A DNA stretch of 64,000 nucleotides, taken from NCBI RefSeq assembly GCF_006345805.1, contig NC_042999.1, positions 80,910,001 through 80,974,000 of the forward strand. Direction: 5' to 3'. The position numbers and the translations under genes are program-made. This document shows, one piece after another, positions 41,180 through 55,300 of the stretch. Source of the stretch: Octopus sinensis (Eukaryota). The notes beneath the pieces were generated by a model, which saw only the letters and a list, made by a program, of their open reading frames with translations, was not told the origin of the DNA and did not search any database. Within the stretch, counting starts at the first letter, position 1, and each line of letters begins with the position of its first letter.

Positions 41180-41410
41180 AGAGCTAGCACAGATAGATAT
41201 AACACAATTATGGAGGAGACCAAACTAATTGCTAAACGAAATGAAGCTGATGATAGGTTAGACTACATTGTTAAAAGAGAAACTTTCCTAACTTCAAAAA
41301 ATCACAACATTAAATGTAGTTATGAGCCCATCTGCACACGTTTTAAAGCCAATTAAAATCAAATAAGTGTAGAGAGCAAGAAATATTAAGGCATATTAGA
41401 AAGTGAGTGA
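41180..41410 (+). mobile_element. Penelope-like RT N-terminal remnant
   Basis: ETKLIAKRNEADDRLDYIVKRETFLTSKNH resembles the Penelope pre-RT segment ..DDRI...A...AFITLKDHK. Confidence 0.5.
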
Positions 41411-41460
41411 TAGATACTTAGATGGAATTACAAATAGTTACAGCATATTGATAGTATATC

Positions 41461-41504
<44 letters not shown>

Positions 41505-41529
41505 ATATATTATATATATATACACCCTT

Positions 41530-41576
<47 letters not shown>

Positions 41577-43836
41577 CGTATATACATGTATCTATATACA
41601 TACATATATATATATATATACATACACACATACACACAAACGCATATATATATATATATATATATTTATATACACAGATACAATCATGTGTAGGTATGTA
41701 TAAATATTCATTATACTTTTTATATGTCTACCCCATGTATGTATGTATGCATGTATGTATGTATGTATGTATTATATGTATACATGCATACAAACACACA
41801 TAAATAAACATTCATAAATACGCATTCGAACATATATATATATATACAGAGAGAGAGAGAGAGAGAGAAGCAGACCGTGGGACAGACAGATACAGATACG
41901 ATATACTGATTATTTATGTGTCTATGTATGTTTACTGTGACATATGAAAATATGTGCGTATATTTCTTACTTGTTAGATATTCTATATTAATAAGAGTAC
42001 ATAAATTAATAATTCTGTCATCATTAGTATACGAACCACGTTCTTCTTATTGCATAGTCTACTTTCCTACTTAGTTGCCTCATGGTCATTCTCATCTCTC
42101 TTTTGCTGACAATATTTGCCTAATATACTTGTACTGAAACGAATCTTTCTAGCACTAACTTAATTCATTATATTCTCATTGATTTGCCTTGTTCCGGATT
42201 ATATTTCGACCACTTAACGATCTCTGGTAATGATACACTGGCACACGTTGAATTATTGAAAATATATTGGATACTTTTCATGTGGATCACGATCCATCTC
42301 ATTGATTTACTACTCCATTGTTGGCTTTTGATGAAAGAAACCACGTATAGACGTTTGAGTAAATGTCTAATTACACATGATAGATTCAGCTGTGCTTTGG
42401 TGTACCATAATACAATATGATTTAAGGACATGGCAAATTTCGCTTCCAAAGGTTATGTATTCATTGTTTGTAATTACATCACAGAATTAGTATTCGAAAT
42501 ACGAAATCAGCGCCGTTAATATATTCATTGTATGTAGAAGCAAATCTATGGCGATTGGTTGGCATAATTAATGAGCGAAGGAAATCCCGGCAACGAGCAC
42601 GTGAAAGTTAATTTTAGTTGTATTTACTATTACTATTGATATCATCTATATTACAACCAACGCCACAAAAACCACCATCACCACCACCACCATTGTTATT
42701 ATTCTTGTCGTTATCATCATCATCATCATTGATATTTTCGTTAATATTATTATAGGAAATATGAATTCCAATCAGTGCAGCGCCAGTATATTCAGTGCAT
42801 ATAATGAAGTTATTCAATATAGGCAAAACATGAAAACTTATCTAATGACATTTATTCCAGACACTCTTTCCAAAGAAAAAGATTAATAAAGTGAGTAATA
42901 AATGCAATGAGAAACATTCAATGATTATCGTTTGAAAGCCATATTGCGATATTGTTGGTAAACAGTGACGAAATATCGTAGTTGGATAACCAATAAATAG
43001 TTTCTTATGTGAAATCGAAGTAATAATGTTCTTGGTTCCAACTGTGTGCAGTTAAATTAAATGGGGATTCCATCGTAACTGAACAATATCAGCAGAGTTT
43101 AAATAGCAGCAGATGTGATGCAGATATTCCATTAAATTTACAAAGATTGCATCTAAAGCAATATGAAAATTGTATTGGATGAATACGACTAAAGCGTGGT
43201 TAAAGCAGATCCGAAGATTAGCTGCTAAGAATAACAGAACGAAAAGTTTTCTACCACATATATGTAATATTTATCGGCTGGCAATTTGTGCATACAAAAC
43301 TATTTTCAGTTAATTGCTATACAGTCCTTTATGCTTATGAGATAAGCAATGGTGAAATGTATCCTACAGTTGAAGCAATAACTAATCTTATGTCAAGTGA
43401 TTTTGGAGAACATTTTTAATGATGAAATGAGCTAATGGCAACCAATGTTTTATGAATAAAAATAAGCGGTATCAAGGAAGAGATATACTGATGTTATTCT
43501 TATATTCTTATTTAAGCTTCTTTTAGAGTGCGATGAACAAATATCAACGTTAATATATCGGTATATTTATCTCAAATATTTTTATTATAATACACAATTA
43601 CTTACCTTAAGAGTTAGGATAGTAAAGTATTGTTTTGAAGCAAGAAATAAATACACACGATATTCTTCATACTTATATTCTACTAACCTGTGGTAATAAG
43701 TAATATTGTATTAACCAGACTATATTTTAATAAACTGTGGTAAACTCAGATTTTTTAAAGCAACATAAGCTTAGAAAGTTGGTTTAATTTCTATGAATGC
43801 TACCTCAGGTTAATAGAAAATAAATTTCGTAATACC

Positions 43837-44067
43837 TATTTCTTTATTACCCACAAGGGGCTGAACATAGAGGGGACAAACATGGACAGACATAGGTATT
43901 AAGTCGATTATATCGACCCCAGTGCTTAACTGGTACTTAATTTATCGACCCCGAAAGGATGAAAGGCAAAGTCGACCTCGGCGGAATTTGAACTCACAAC
44001 GTAACGGCAGACGAAATACCGCTAAGCATTTCGCCCGACGTGCTAACGATTCTGCTAGGTCGCCGCC
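43837..44067 (-). mobile_element. Full-length tRNA-derived SINE family B with 16-bp TSD
   Basis: Minus head aggcggcgacctagcagaatcgttagcacg...; TSD taaatttcgtaatacc at 43821-43836 and 44081-44096. Confidence 0.9.
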
Positions 44068-44858
44068 TTTCGTAATACCGTAAATTTCGTAATACCGTTT
44101 ATTATTATGACAGAAGAACAGATTCAAGAAACTGTGAGTCAGGGTCAAAATGATAAATAATTGGTTGCATTATTCTTGATTGACTCGATGCAACATCAAG
44201 AGATAATAATAGCAGCAATTAAGATGATTGGGAAAATGTAGTGTTACATATATCCTCAGTAATTATAATGTTCACTTATACAAATAATCATTAGTTTCTT
44301 AGAAGTTGAAGCCAATATTTTGACATTTTAAATGCACTCAAGCTTTTTTTCTTTTTAGGAATCGTTAACAGCTCTTTGACATGACGACAACATTTTCTTT
44401 CTGCGCAAGCAAAATATGCCTTACTTTGAAATAAAAATTCCTAAATTATTTAATTTATCTCTTGTTGAATTTTGAGCAGAAAATTGTTTAAAATTGTGGA
44501 TTTGAATAAACAAAAGTTTCTTCTTCAAATCTAATAATGTTTTGTTTAAAAGTAAGCACATTGATATGTCATAATCATATAATAAGATTAACCAAATAAA
44601 AAATTCTTTGCTGCTGAATTCAGTGGAAATATATTTACGGTTCAGTTTTTGTTTTAAAATGACGGCCACAAAGTACTGTATATAAACGTATTTCTGTAAA
44701 ACAACTCGAACATATTGCAGACAATATATTAAAATTTCGTATTGCATAGATATGTTCAGTCACCGAAAGTAGATACTGAAGTGGAAGAGAATTACACACG
44801 CAAGCACACGCGCATGTGCGCATACACATATACACAAACAAATACATATATACGTATA

Positions 44859-44937
<79 letters not shown>

Positions 44938-45265
44938 GGTAGTGGGTAGCGATTTTATTCACTAATTCAGTGAGTGACGACCCTTTCTGACACGAGTTCC
45001 GGGTTCAGCTGGCTCCGGCTGACAGTACCCAGTATGGGCCCTTATGAAGGGTTACGGAAAGGAGACAACTTTCAAAGAAATCCGGAGTGGAGTCCCGCAG
45101 GCGGTTTAGTGTTCGACTCGACACTCTTCCGGCAGCTCCTGCAAACAAGCGAAAATTGTCGGGCTGTAGAAAACTAAGAGAGAAAATGCTCTAATGCTGT
45201 AAACACATATGACTTAAAATATCTACACTAACAGAGACCATAATTTTCCTGAAAATGCCGCGAAA

Positions 45266-45317
45266 GAATTCTGACTGACATCAGTTTCGACGATATCCGT
45301 TGCCATCATCAGTGAAG
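45266..45317 (-). ncRNA. Type I minimal hammerhead ribozyme motif (Penelope-associated)
   Basis: Minus strand: cttca CTGATGA t ggc-aacggatatc-gtc GAAA c tgatgtca GTC agaa. Near-palindromic stem III (actgatgtcagt); stem I has an A.A mismatch next to the cleavage site. Confidence 0.6.
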
Positions 45318-45505
45318 CGAGCTCGGTGTTCATCTTTTTCTGGAACTACTTCTCAGTTGGTATATATGTTTATGTCATACAAATTAATGGATGATTTAGC
45401 GATTTGCTAATGTGTGTACACAAAATTAATATCAACAGCAGGTTGCGATGTTTCACCAAAAAGGAGAATTATGTTAAGGTTAAATTTTTTAATTAGTATA
45501 TCCAA

Positions 45506-46760
45506 TACATTTTACCGTAAAAAATCCGGAATTGCTATGGGTACAAGGGCAGCACCAGTCATTGCGAACCTAACAATGGGCTACCTGGAAATAATCATTT
45601 ACCAGGAATCTTTATCAATCTTTGGAAACCCCCTTTCTCAATACATAAAAGAGAATTGGAAACGATTCCTAGACGATTGTTTTATACTCTGGAATGAAAA
45701 CACAGATAAACTCCTAAAATTTAAAAACCTATTGAACAGCATAAACCCAAATATACAGTTCACAATGGAATACAACCAAAAGGAGCTCCCGTTCTTGGAT
45801 ATACTAATTAAAAAAATTAACCTTAAAATAGAAACAGACATTTTTTTACAAAGCCAAACAATACCTTCTTTTTAATTCATGCCACCCAAGACACACTAAA
45901 ACAAACATCCCCTTCAACCTTGCAAGAAGGATATGCACAATAGTGTCAGAACAAAATACCAGGAACTTTAGACTGCAAGAACTCAAAAACACCCTAATTG
46001 ACAGACATTACCCAGCTCAACTCATAGAGGATGGGATCAGACGTGCAACAGAAATCAACATAGAAACTTTAAGAAAAGTTCAACACAACAACAGACCTTC
46101 CCCGAAAATACTACCTTACATATCTACATACAACCCCAGAAACAAAGAAGCCTTCACCATCATCACCCATAATTTACCAATACTTCATAAGGACCCCCAA
46201 TTAAAGGAAATTCTAAACATACACCAAATCATTAAAAGCTACAAACAACCTAAATCACTTAAAAAGATTCTCACAAAGGCAAAATTGTTTTCTGAAATTA
46301 CGGATGCAAAAGTAAAAAATTGTGGTAGATCGAACTGTGCAACATGTCCAAACCTGCTAGAAGGATCCGAATTCCTCTTCAAAGAAGGACAAAATTCAAG
46401 ATCAAATCTAACTTTACTTGTGCCTCTGAAAACATAATTTATGTCATAAAATGCTCGGGCTGCCAGCAAGACTACGTGGGATCCACGGGACTATCACTCA
46501 GACGTAGATGCACACTGCATCGACAACAGATTGCATTCCCAGAATACAGAATGATACCTTTTAGTGAGCACATTGAGAAATGCGCAAAGCAACTACTACC
46601 ACAATTTTAAATCTTTCCATTTTACCAATGTGCTATCAGATCATCAACAAAAATTAGACTAAACAAGGAAACATTCTTCATTGAAAAGTACAAGCCCAGT
46701 CTTAACCATTCCAACATAATGATACTGAGAAATTCACACCAAGGGAAACGCAAAAAATTT
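45506..46760 (+). mobile_element. Penelope-like element, 5'-truncated: RT C-half plus GIY-YIG endonuclease
   Basis: GIAMGTRAAPVIANL, WKRFLDDCF, LPFLDILI, YISTYNP, CGRSNCATCP, NIIYVIKCSGCQQDYVGSTG; about 2 frameshifts and 1 stop. Confidence 0.95.
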
Positions 46761-46873
46761 TAAGCGATTATCTCCCTTACACCGGAAGAAATCACTCATT
46801 ACCTCCCCTTATTTAGAACTCTTTTAAACATAAACATAACGATAACTCTGTTCAACATAAATATAACGACGTT

Positions 46874-46910
46874 AGAAATTTGAAAAGCTAAACGCGAAAC
46901 CGGTCTTTCT
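46874..46910 (+). ncRNA. Type I minimal hammerhead-like motif with U3-A8 core in the Penelope 3' region
   Basis: agaaa t TTGAAAA gc-taaac-gc GAAA ccgg TC tttct: perfect 5-bp stem I, palindromic accggt, GUC triplet; stem II only 2 bp. Confidence 0.5.
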
Positions 46911-48179
46911 TCTAAACTATGTCATTGTAAGAAAAAAGTTTTTATAATTTCTTCAGACATATTGACTCAAATATATATTTTTTAACCTTTAAGGCTTCTG
47001 TAGTTTTTTCACTTTTTACTATTTTCTATATATTCAACCACGTGCTTTCACAAACCAACTTTCTTATATATATATATATATATATTTAATATTTATTTAT
47101 TTATTCGTAAACACAGACATATACGCATACATAAATGTTTAGCGTTTCAGGTTGTTGAAGAAAATTATTTTCTGCATCGATTATACACTTGTATGATATT
47201 AGTGGGAGATTATCAAGACGTTAGACAGCAACGACTAAACCTAGCATTATGTCGAATGCTAGTGAATTCACCTTATTTTCATTGTTTATCTAGTACATAA
47301 CACTCATCGTTTTCGAATTGATAAAACAATGTACCAGCCCTATACTGGAATCGATGTTATCGAGTACTACTCTCATCCTAAAACTGCTGACCTTCTGTTT
47401 ATATTAGACATTATTATCCATACGACAAATGAAAACAAATCCACTTAGAAAAGAAAAACCCTTCTATATAATCCTACAATTTGTACAATCTATTCAAGCT
47501 TTACAAACTCTTTAATTCTCATATAATACTTATTTCCATGATAAATTGTTACGTTCAATTAGCTATTGTTTTGAGCGTCTACAATTAATTTTTGAATTGT
47601 TAACTTTATGAATTTCAAATTTAATTTTAATCTCATCAATATGGCATTATTGTTCACTTTTTCTTCAATGTTCTAATATTTTGAAATTAGTTCTCAGAAA
47701 ACAAAACAATACTAAAGTTAATCATCTAATAGAGAATATGTTTGTTCTAAGTCATTTATAATTATTTTCAATGAAATCCACACCGACACTGCACTTCGTA
47801 AACAAACACCTGACATAATTCTTCAAAGAACACGCAGATCGTTGTATTATATAAATGGCGTATGCATTACAAACGTAATTAGAGTTTGAAAGTAAACTAA
47901 AATCATAACATATTAAAAGCATCACTTAAAAAGTATTATAAACCAAAATATATCTAAAACAAAAAGCATTATTCTCCATGACCGATCTTCAAATTTCCAG
48001 TATTCTTTTTCCTTGGAGAGACATAAGAATATGTATATGGGAGAATACTGGACCCTGTTGATCTTAATGATTTCAAAAATCCCTGGTAATTGAAAAGAAT
48101 GAACATCCTGTTCTACTTAATAGAACAATAACTATTTTTCAGGTGAATTATCTCAAATGCGTTTTTTACTAGTCAGTAA

Positions 48180-48190
48180 TCACCACCACC

Positions 48191-48272
<82 letters not shown>
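48180..48272. repeat. (CCA)n/(CTA)n microsatellite
   Basis: Directly visible. Confidence 0.95.
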
Positions 48273-48273
<1 letters not shown>

Positions 48274-50619
48274 ACATTTTGCTCTACACTGCGGAACTTA
48301 GAAGAAATACAAGCAGTTTAAACATCAGAAAGCATTGCTCTAAGTAAACACATTCTTGGTGTGTCATTGATATGTGATAAGGAAAAGAGGGCAGCATTCT
48401 CCAGTTCTACCCTGTTTCCAGGAAAGAGAACACATGGTAGTACGGTCAGCCGGAAATATGAACTGCTGGGCAGTATATCAATTAACCCGTATTCTGTGGG
48501 CCGTGACAATCACTGACATCGGTTCACGTAATCAACTCAGTGAGGAAAAGGAAAGAGCAAAAGTGTGGCGTGGAGATGTTTGTGCGTTTTTGTGGGAGAG
48601 ATAGAGAGGGTGAGACAAAACGCAGATTAAAATGTTAAACTGAACTCAGATGACCCTGTTAATCCGTGTATATTAATGTTAAAGCTATCGTTTCCTTAAC
48701 CACTCGGTATTTTTATCACTTATTCGCAAGTCAAGAGGGACCGCGAATTCTTTTAAATTCTTTTAAATTCGCCTCGATGACAAAAAGCTATAAAGGGTAT
48801 GTTTCGATACTGCGATCATAATTATGATTTGTTAAAGTATTATCAGTTACCAAGTTTCTACTATCTAAAGACTTAGGAAGATGAAAAAAAAGGAAAAGAT
48901 AAAAGAGACTCGATGTAAATATTCAATTAACTTTAATCGTGAAAGATGGGGTCGATATTTAAAAAAAAAAACATTATAAATTTATATTGAGTGTAAGAAG
49001 TCAAGATGAAAAGTTTAAATTCAGAAAAAAAACAAAAAAAAAACAATAAAAATAACACTGACAATGATGGTGGTAGGTAAGGCGATATTTACTATAATGA
49101 AAGGAAGACAGTATCAGTGGCGAAAACAATGACAATGATGATGATGTTGATGATTCTGGTGGTGATGATGTTTTTGGTTACGGGGCGACAACGGCGACAA
49201 CCGCAACGACCAGTATGGTGATGATGTTGTGCAAGAGAGGTGAAGGAGAAAAACAAGGATAACTATATGCACGTGCAAGGTAAAAGATGGATAAACAATT
49301 CTGTATGAAAACAGAAAATGTAAATATGAAGAAAGAAGAATTATGTAAAAAGAAGTTCATAAAGAAGAGTTGATAAGAGAAAGGAAAGAAATGGAGAAAA
49401 AAGAGCAATGTGTTATGATGATGATGTTGATGATTACAAAGAAGAAAATGACTTCACTTGCAAAAGATGGAATAGTCACGTGGATGTTGATAAACGTCAA
49501 ATAAACTCGAGATCTCTGGTTTACCCAAACTATGAGATAATTCACTTGAGTAATCTAAATATCAATGTTTAGTCAGCTACGCCAACAGCAAGGATTTATG
49601 ACAATTGAAATACAGTAAGTATTCGGCGGCGTAAATGGAAAAGGTAGAAAAGATCGCTTAGTAAATGTTAAACAGGTTTTGTACAATAAGAATGTCAGAA
49701 AACAACGTTGATCATTGTTTAGCTAGAATAGCAAATGAATTGTGTTATAGTACATTCTGTTCAGATTTTACATTGATCATATTTGAAATGGCGAATATTA
49801 TTCCAAATTTGCTGAGATGAATGGATATTATCAATATCGATATTGTGCTTGATGTATATATCTTTCTTGGTGACAGGTGATCTGCAAATACCCTTTGTGA
49901 TTTGTTTAATACAAATGTCCATGACTGTATCTGAAAGCCTAAATCGTAATGGAGTTTGTCGAAAGAGATCCACGCCAATCTGAACCGATTATTGTGCAAT
50001 ATATCAACTCGATCGATGCCGAAGTTATATGGTTAAGTCAATAGTAAATGCTCTCCAAAAATTTCTTGATGAGACAAGTGAATAGGATCAACATGAGCAT
50101 TGAGTAATACAGGATTCAAAATGAACCGAATGTTGTTAATGAAAAGACGAGCCGAATGTTACGTTTTAAGGAATTGATTTATCACATGCAGATCAAATAT
50201 GTCAAGAGCAGACAATGTTGAGCTTTGGTAGTTCGGGGCATATTACAACTAGACTACATCACGAACAAAAGCATGAATACAAAATTGATGAATACAGTTC
50301 TTAAATCAAAACGGAACTGTCAGAACGGAGTCAGTTATATTCTAGAATGTTTTAGATATATTGGTTATGTACCATTGTAGATGACAGATTAAATTTGTCA
50401 GAGGCAGAAGTGAGAAATACACGAACGAAACATATAATAGAACTAGTGTTTATAAAACAGGGATTTTATCAAATATCTGACGTTTAATTTCGCTGTATGT
50501 GTTTGGAATATAACAGTGCAAATATATAATTGGTAAGCCTTTACGTATATTGAAGAGAGACAATAAAAGACGTTATACGTAATTTTTAAAATCAATGCAT
50601 TTATTATTAATAACGTGTG

Positions 50620-50870
50620 TATATCATACTATTCTTTTCCTTTTATTCCTTTACTTGTTACAGTCATGAGACCGTCCGTCTACTGAGGCACCACTTTGGA
50701 GAGTTTACTCGATCAAATCCACCCCAATACATATTTCGTCTGGTATTTATGCTATCGGTCTCTTTTTCCAAACTACTTCATTTTGAGGACGCAAACAAAC
50801 CAACATTCTTCACCGTTTCAAGCAGTAGGGAGATACACACAAACATACGAACGCATACACACACACATAT

Positions 50871-50935
<65 letters not shown>

Positions 50936-51090
50936 GTGTGTGTGTGTGCGTGTGTGTGTGTGTGTGTGCGTGTGTGTAGACATATATACAGTGGCTTTTT
51001 TACAGTTTCTGTCTATCAGATTCACTCACAAGCCATTGGTCGACCAGGAGCTAGTGTAAAAGATACTTGCCCAAGGTGCTGCACAGTGGC
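50620..51090 (-). mobile_element. SINE family A remnant, decayed
   Basis: Tail ttacttgttacagtcatgaga, internal (TG)n, then agtttctgtctatcagattcactcacaagccattggtcgacc...cccaaggtgctgcacagtgg. Confidence 0.65.
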
Positions 51091-52427
51091 ACTAATTTGT
51101 TATGTCTTTTATAATGTGATGCGTCTATAGTAGGAAGGTCAAGGAGCTTTCTACTTTTGCTTGTGGCTCTATTAACAACTATGAAAGTGCGGTACATCAC
51201 AATTTATATAAGTTATCTATTCGTCACCGTATTCTAAATTTTATGATAAAGATGTCTGAAGCGAGAACATTAACGGCATGACGAATTAAAGTGACTTCAG
51301 GCACTATAAGAACAATAGTATAAACACGTAATATTAAGCAATTTATGGCTCTCAACTTGGCACCAGTGTGACTGATATGCATAATGTGCACAGACGGAGA
51401 GATTCTATATTTCAAGAAAATATATAGACAAAGCAATGAAGTATTTGTACTCTTTGTAATGAAAACCAGTGCCACAGTTGATGCTCTTGATTACCGTCAC
51501 ATGGTCTGCATGTAAGCTTTCTTTCCAAAGAGATATCATTCTTCTCCGCTCCTGCCGGGAGGTTTCCTACGAAATTTTAGCAAATTTCTTTCTTGCAACT
51601 CGTCTAAGAGGAAGGTTCAGCAAATAGAACTCATTCTGAAGAAGTCATCTCCTCGGCTTCCTGTTGTCATATTAATTATATACTACACATAACCACATAT
51701 ACATACATTGTTTGAGTGCACACATACAAGCAGAGACACAGATACACATCAACACGTAAAACGAGTCGGGTTATTCGTGCAATGAAAGCTGCTCAGTAAT
51801 GGTTAGAAAGAGGCAAAAGAAAATAACTCTACAACTAGCTCTTAATATTTATTGTCTTCACATAAATATTACCTCTCTCTATTTAACAGAATAACTACAC
51901 TCAAATAAACTTTAAAATGAATCGGAAAATACATATATACATACACAAGTAAACGTATTTTACATATGTGTTTCCATGTCTGCATGTGTATGTGCGCTCG
52001 TGCGTGATGATATAAGTAGTTTTGCAATGATATTCCCATCTCTCAATATATACAAACATCATATAATCATGAATAGTAACATATATACAAACATATGTAT
52101 GTGTTCGTACGTGTGTGTATGTGTTGTGTGTGTCTGTGTGTATATAAATACATCCATATGTGTCAGTGTGTCCGTGTGTGAGAATTTTTTCGAATATATG
52201 TCATGAATAAACGCTGGTGAATCTGCTTAGCTTTGTGTCGGTCTATCTACATATCTTTTCATCTATATATGTGGGTATATATGTTTGTATGTTTCTCTCT
52301 CTTTCTCTCTCTCTTCTCTTTTCATCTTTCACTACTAACTATTGATACCCGCATAAAGTGATAGATAAAATCATTTGAATATATATGCATGCATTCATAA
52401 AACGCGCACACATACGATATATATATA

Positions 52428-52473
<46 letters not shown>

Positions 52474-52525
52474 ATATAGATTGATGATTGATAGATACAT
52501 AGGTACGTTAATAAATAGCAGGATA

Positions 52526-52594
<69 letters not shown>

Positions 52595-53104
52595 ACACTC
52601 ACGTATATCTAGGTGTGCAAATGGATATACTTATATATTCCACAATATTACATGACAAACATGACAATAGTGAATTAATAAATGACATAGCAACTTGAAA
52701 GGCTGTGTAAGTTCATGCAGAATCCAGCAGAGATGTTAAAGAATTACGGAAAGAATGCAATAGTTTTAAAATCAATGCAGTATTTAAGTAATGTGTCTAA
52801 TATGATTTCCAAGTGCAACAGCTGGAATTGCACAAGTCGGTATCCTAAGGATGCACAGAAATGATGAATGAAAAGAGGTAATGGCGAAATGTAGAGAACT
52901 GCAACAATACGACCTCTGTATATCACTAGAAATTCTTTTCAAAAATTGTGGGTATTATGAAATTACTTATTTAATGCTTATCTAATAAGGCAGGGGTTTT
53001 ATCATTCGCTGAAACGAAACATATGGCATCATAGTGACATATATGTTATCGCATGTCATCGTGAGCCATGCTTTTGAATGATGTATAAACTTCACAGTAA
53101 TCAG

Positions 53105-53134
53105 CATTATTATTATTATTATTATTATTATTTT

Positions 53135-53199
<65 letters not shown>

Positions 53200-53460
53200 T
53201 CAGCAGCAGCGTCGGTGGCTGTAAGAGCAGCGGCAGAAGAAGAAGAAAAAGAAGAAGAAGAAGAAGAAGAAGAAAAAGAAGAAGAAGAAGAAGAAGAAGA
53301 AGAAGAAGAAGAAGAAGAAGAAGAAGAAGAAGAAGAAGAAGAAGAAGAAGAAGAAGAAGAAGAAGAAGAAAAAAAAAGAAGAACAAGAACAAGAAGAACA
53401 AGAAGAACAAGAAAAAAAAGAAGAAGAACAACAAGAACAAGAACAAGAACAAGAACAAGA
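53105..53460. repeat. Compound (ATT)n-(AGT)n-(GAA)n microsatellite
   Basis: Directly visible; source of the poly-E, poly-S and poly-L pseudo-ORFs. Confidence 0.95.
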
Positions 53461-55300
53461 AGATATACGCTATCCCGAAAAGATCTACCCACGACAACCT
53501 TCACTTCACGCGCAACATCATAGAGAGGGTAAGGAAGGAACCTGGCATGGGGGAGGCTTTGATCAATCCAAAGCTTTTGACAGGATCAACCATCAACACT
53601 AGGGGGCTGTCTTCGCGGCGGCCAGCTTCGGTCCTATTTTCTGAGGTTGGATCGCTGCAATGGAGACCGGCATCTACTCGGTGGTAAAAAAAAACGACCA
53701 TCTATCAGAATCGTTTAGAATTGCTTACTCGGTCCGTCAATGATGCATACTCCCACCCTTCAGTACGTGGTAGCTCACGAGCCACTACCGAGTAAACTGG
53801 CTACTTCGACGAGCATCCCAAGTGATCTAGGATGCGGAGAGTTCGTGTCGGTTTGTGCGGATGTTTTCGGCTCTAACTTAATGGAGTAAGAAGCGGTGAA
53901 ATGTCGGTGGACCTGCTAGAAAGGCAGATGCATGCCAACCGACAGCGTTGTCTGGCCCAGGACCGGTAAAATTGCACGGGGTCTGGTCCAGGTGCACAAG
54001 AACTGGGGAGATGTGACGAGAAGGGTAGCCAGCCTCACATAGAAATTGGGAGAGAGAAAGCTGTACATGAAAGGTCGGGTGGAGGTGGTGAATGCGCACA
54101 TTGCTGCCGTCATCTATTAGCGTCTGATCATCGTCCCTTGCACTGCTTCATAGCTGACCAACCCGGAGCGCTTGCTTTTCAGCTTTCTGTGGGAGGTCCA
54201 TCTGCTGTCTTAATAACCACTGAGTGGAGGAGTGGGTGTACCATGGCTAATGATGCGCAGATACGCGCTGAGGCTACAGCATTTTCGTACGGGAGAACAG
54301 GTGTGGTCACCGTTTATCGAGGAGGATGTTCCGGAGCTCGTCTCATTTACGGAGCTACAGTCATGGATCAAACGTAGACCAAGAAATGGAGCATGACACC
54401 TGGAGTGTCGGCAAGCGATCACGGCTTTCTGCAAGTCAGGCAACGTGGTCGGTGAAAGTTACACTATGGAGTACTACAGGGGAGTAGTGGAGGATAAGAG
54501 AAACGTCCTTGGGGAAACTCTGGGCGTCGGGAGGGATCAATTAATTGATCTCTTTCGGAGGACTTTCGGGCGGGGGGGCTATGGATAACTTCCAGAAATC
54601 CCTGGCCTGGCAGTGCTACTGGGGAGCACTGAGTGTTCGAGACAAGATCTACGGACACAGAAGTACAGTCAGACAGACCTGACCGAGGTGTGTACAGGGC
54701 AGCTTCGTGGAGCTTTGTTGAACAGCTGTTATCACCTGTAGGATAGATCCAGTCGTCAACCGAGTCTATCGTGAAGATCGCCCCACCACCTTCCATTGGT
54801 CGGGAAGGAAAGGCAGTTTTCCTCTGTCTGGTGGATATGGCAAAAGAGGTAGTGTGGTGAACGAGACCAAAGAGACAGAAAACAGATACTTTCTTCTTCG
54901 GCCAAGCCCTCAACGACATTTTCAAGTTATACTCGAAAAGGAAAGTGGGAGTAGGGAGGGATGGCCTAGTTCCCATCAGTAAATTTGTTGAAAGGTGGGT
55001 GCACGTGACGAGGATGGCCCTGCAAATGGGCCCACTCTGAAGTTGCGTTTGTAAACCGGAGGAGATGAGAAGGAGACAAGGGCATGTTGAGATGCACCTG
55101 GCGATCGAGATAACGGGGTTGTGTGAGTTTTTGCAATTCTCACTGCGTGGAAATCACCATTTTCGGGAATTTCTGTTGTTAATTTGTTTTGTTATTTTTT
55201 CTTGTTATTTATTTTATACACGGCATTATTCAACGCCCAACTTGCCGCTTGTATCGTCCCTTTTGTTATTGTGTTGGGCACTTGTGGCCAATAAAATTAA
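53461..55300 (+). mobile_element. Tx1/L1-like LINE, 5'-truncated ORF2 with internal deletions
   Basis: YAIPKRSTHDNLHFTRNIIERV...QSKAFDRINH (RT), then WLMMRRYALRL...MDNFQKSLAWQCYWGAL, then 3' UTR, aataaa and an (ATT)n tail. Confidence 0.88.

Noticed and set aside
45245-45275. Plus-strand ctgaaaatgccgcgaaagaattctg resembling a hammerhead
   Set aside because: C3-A8 mismatch, G at the cleavage site and no stem I.
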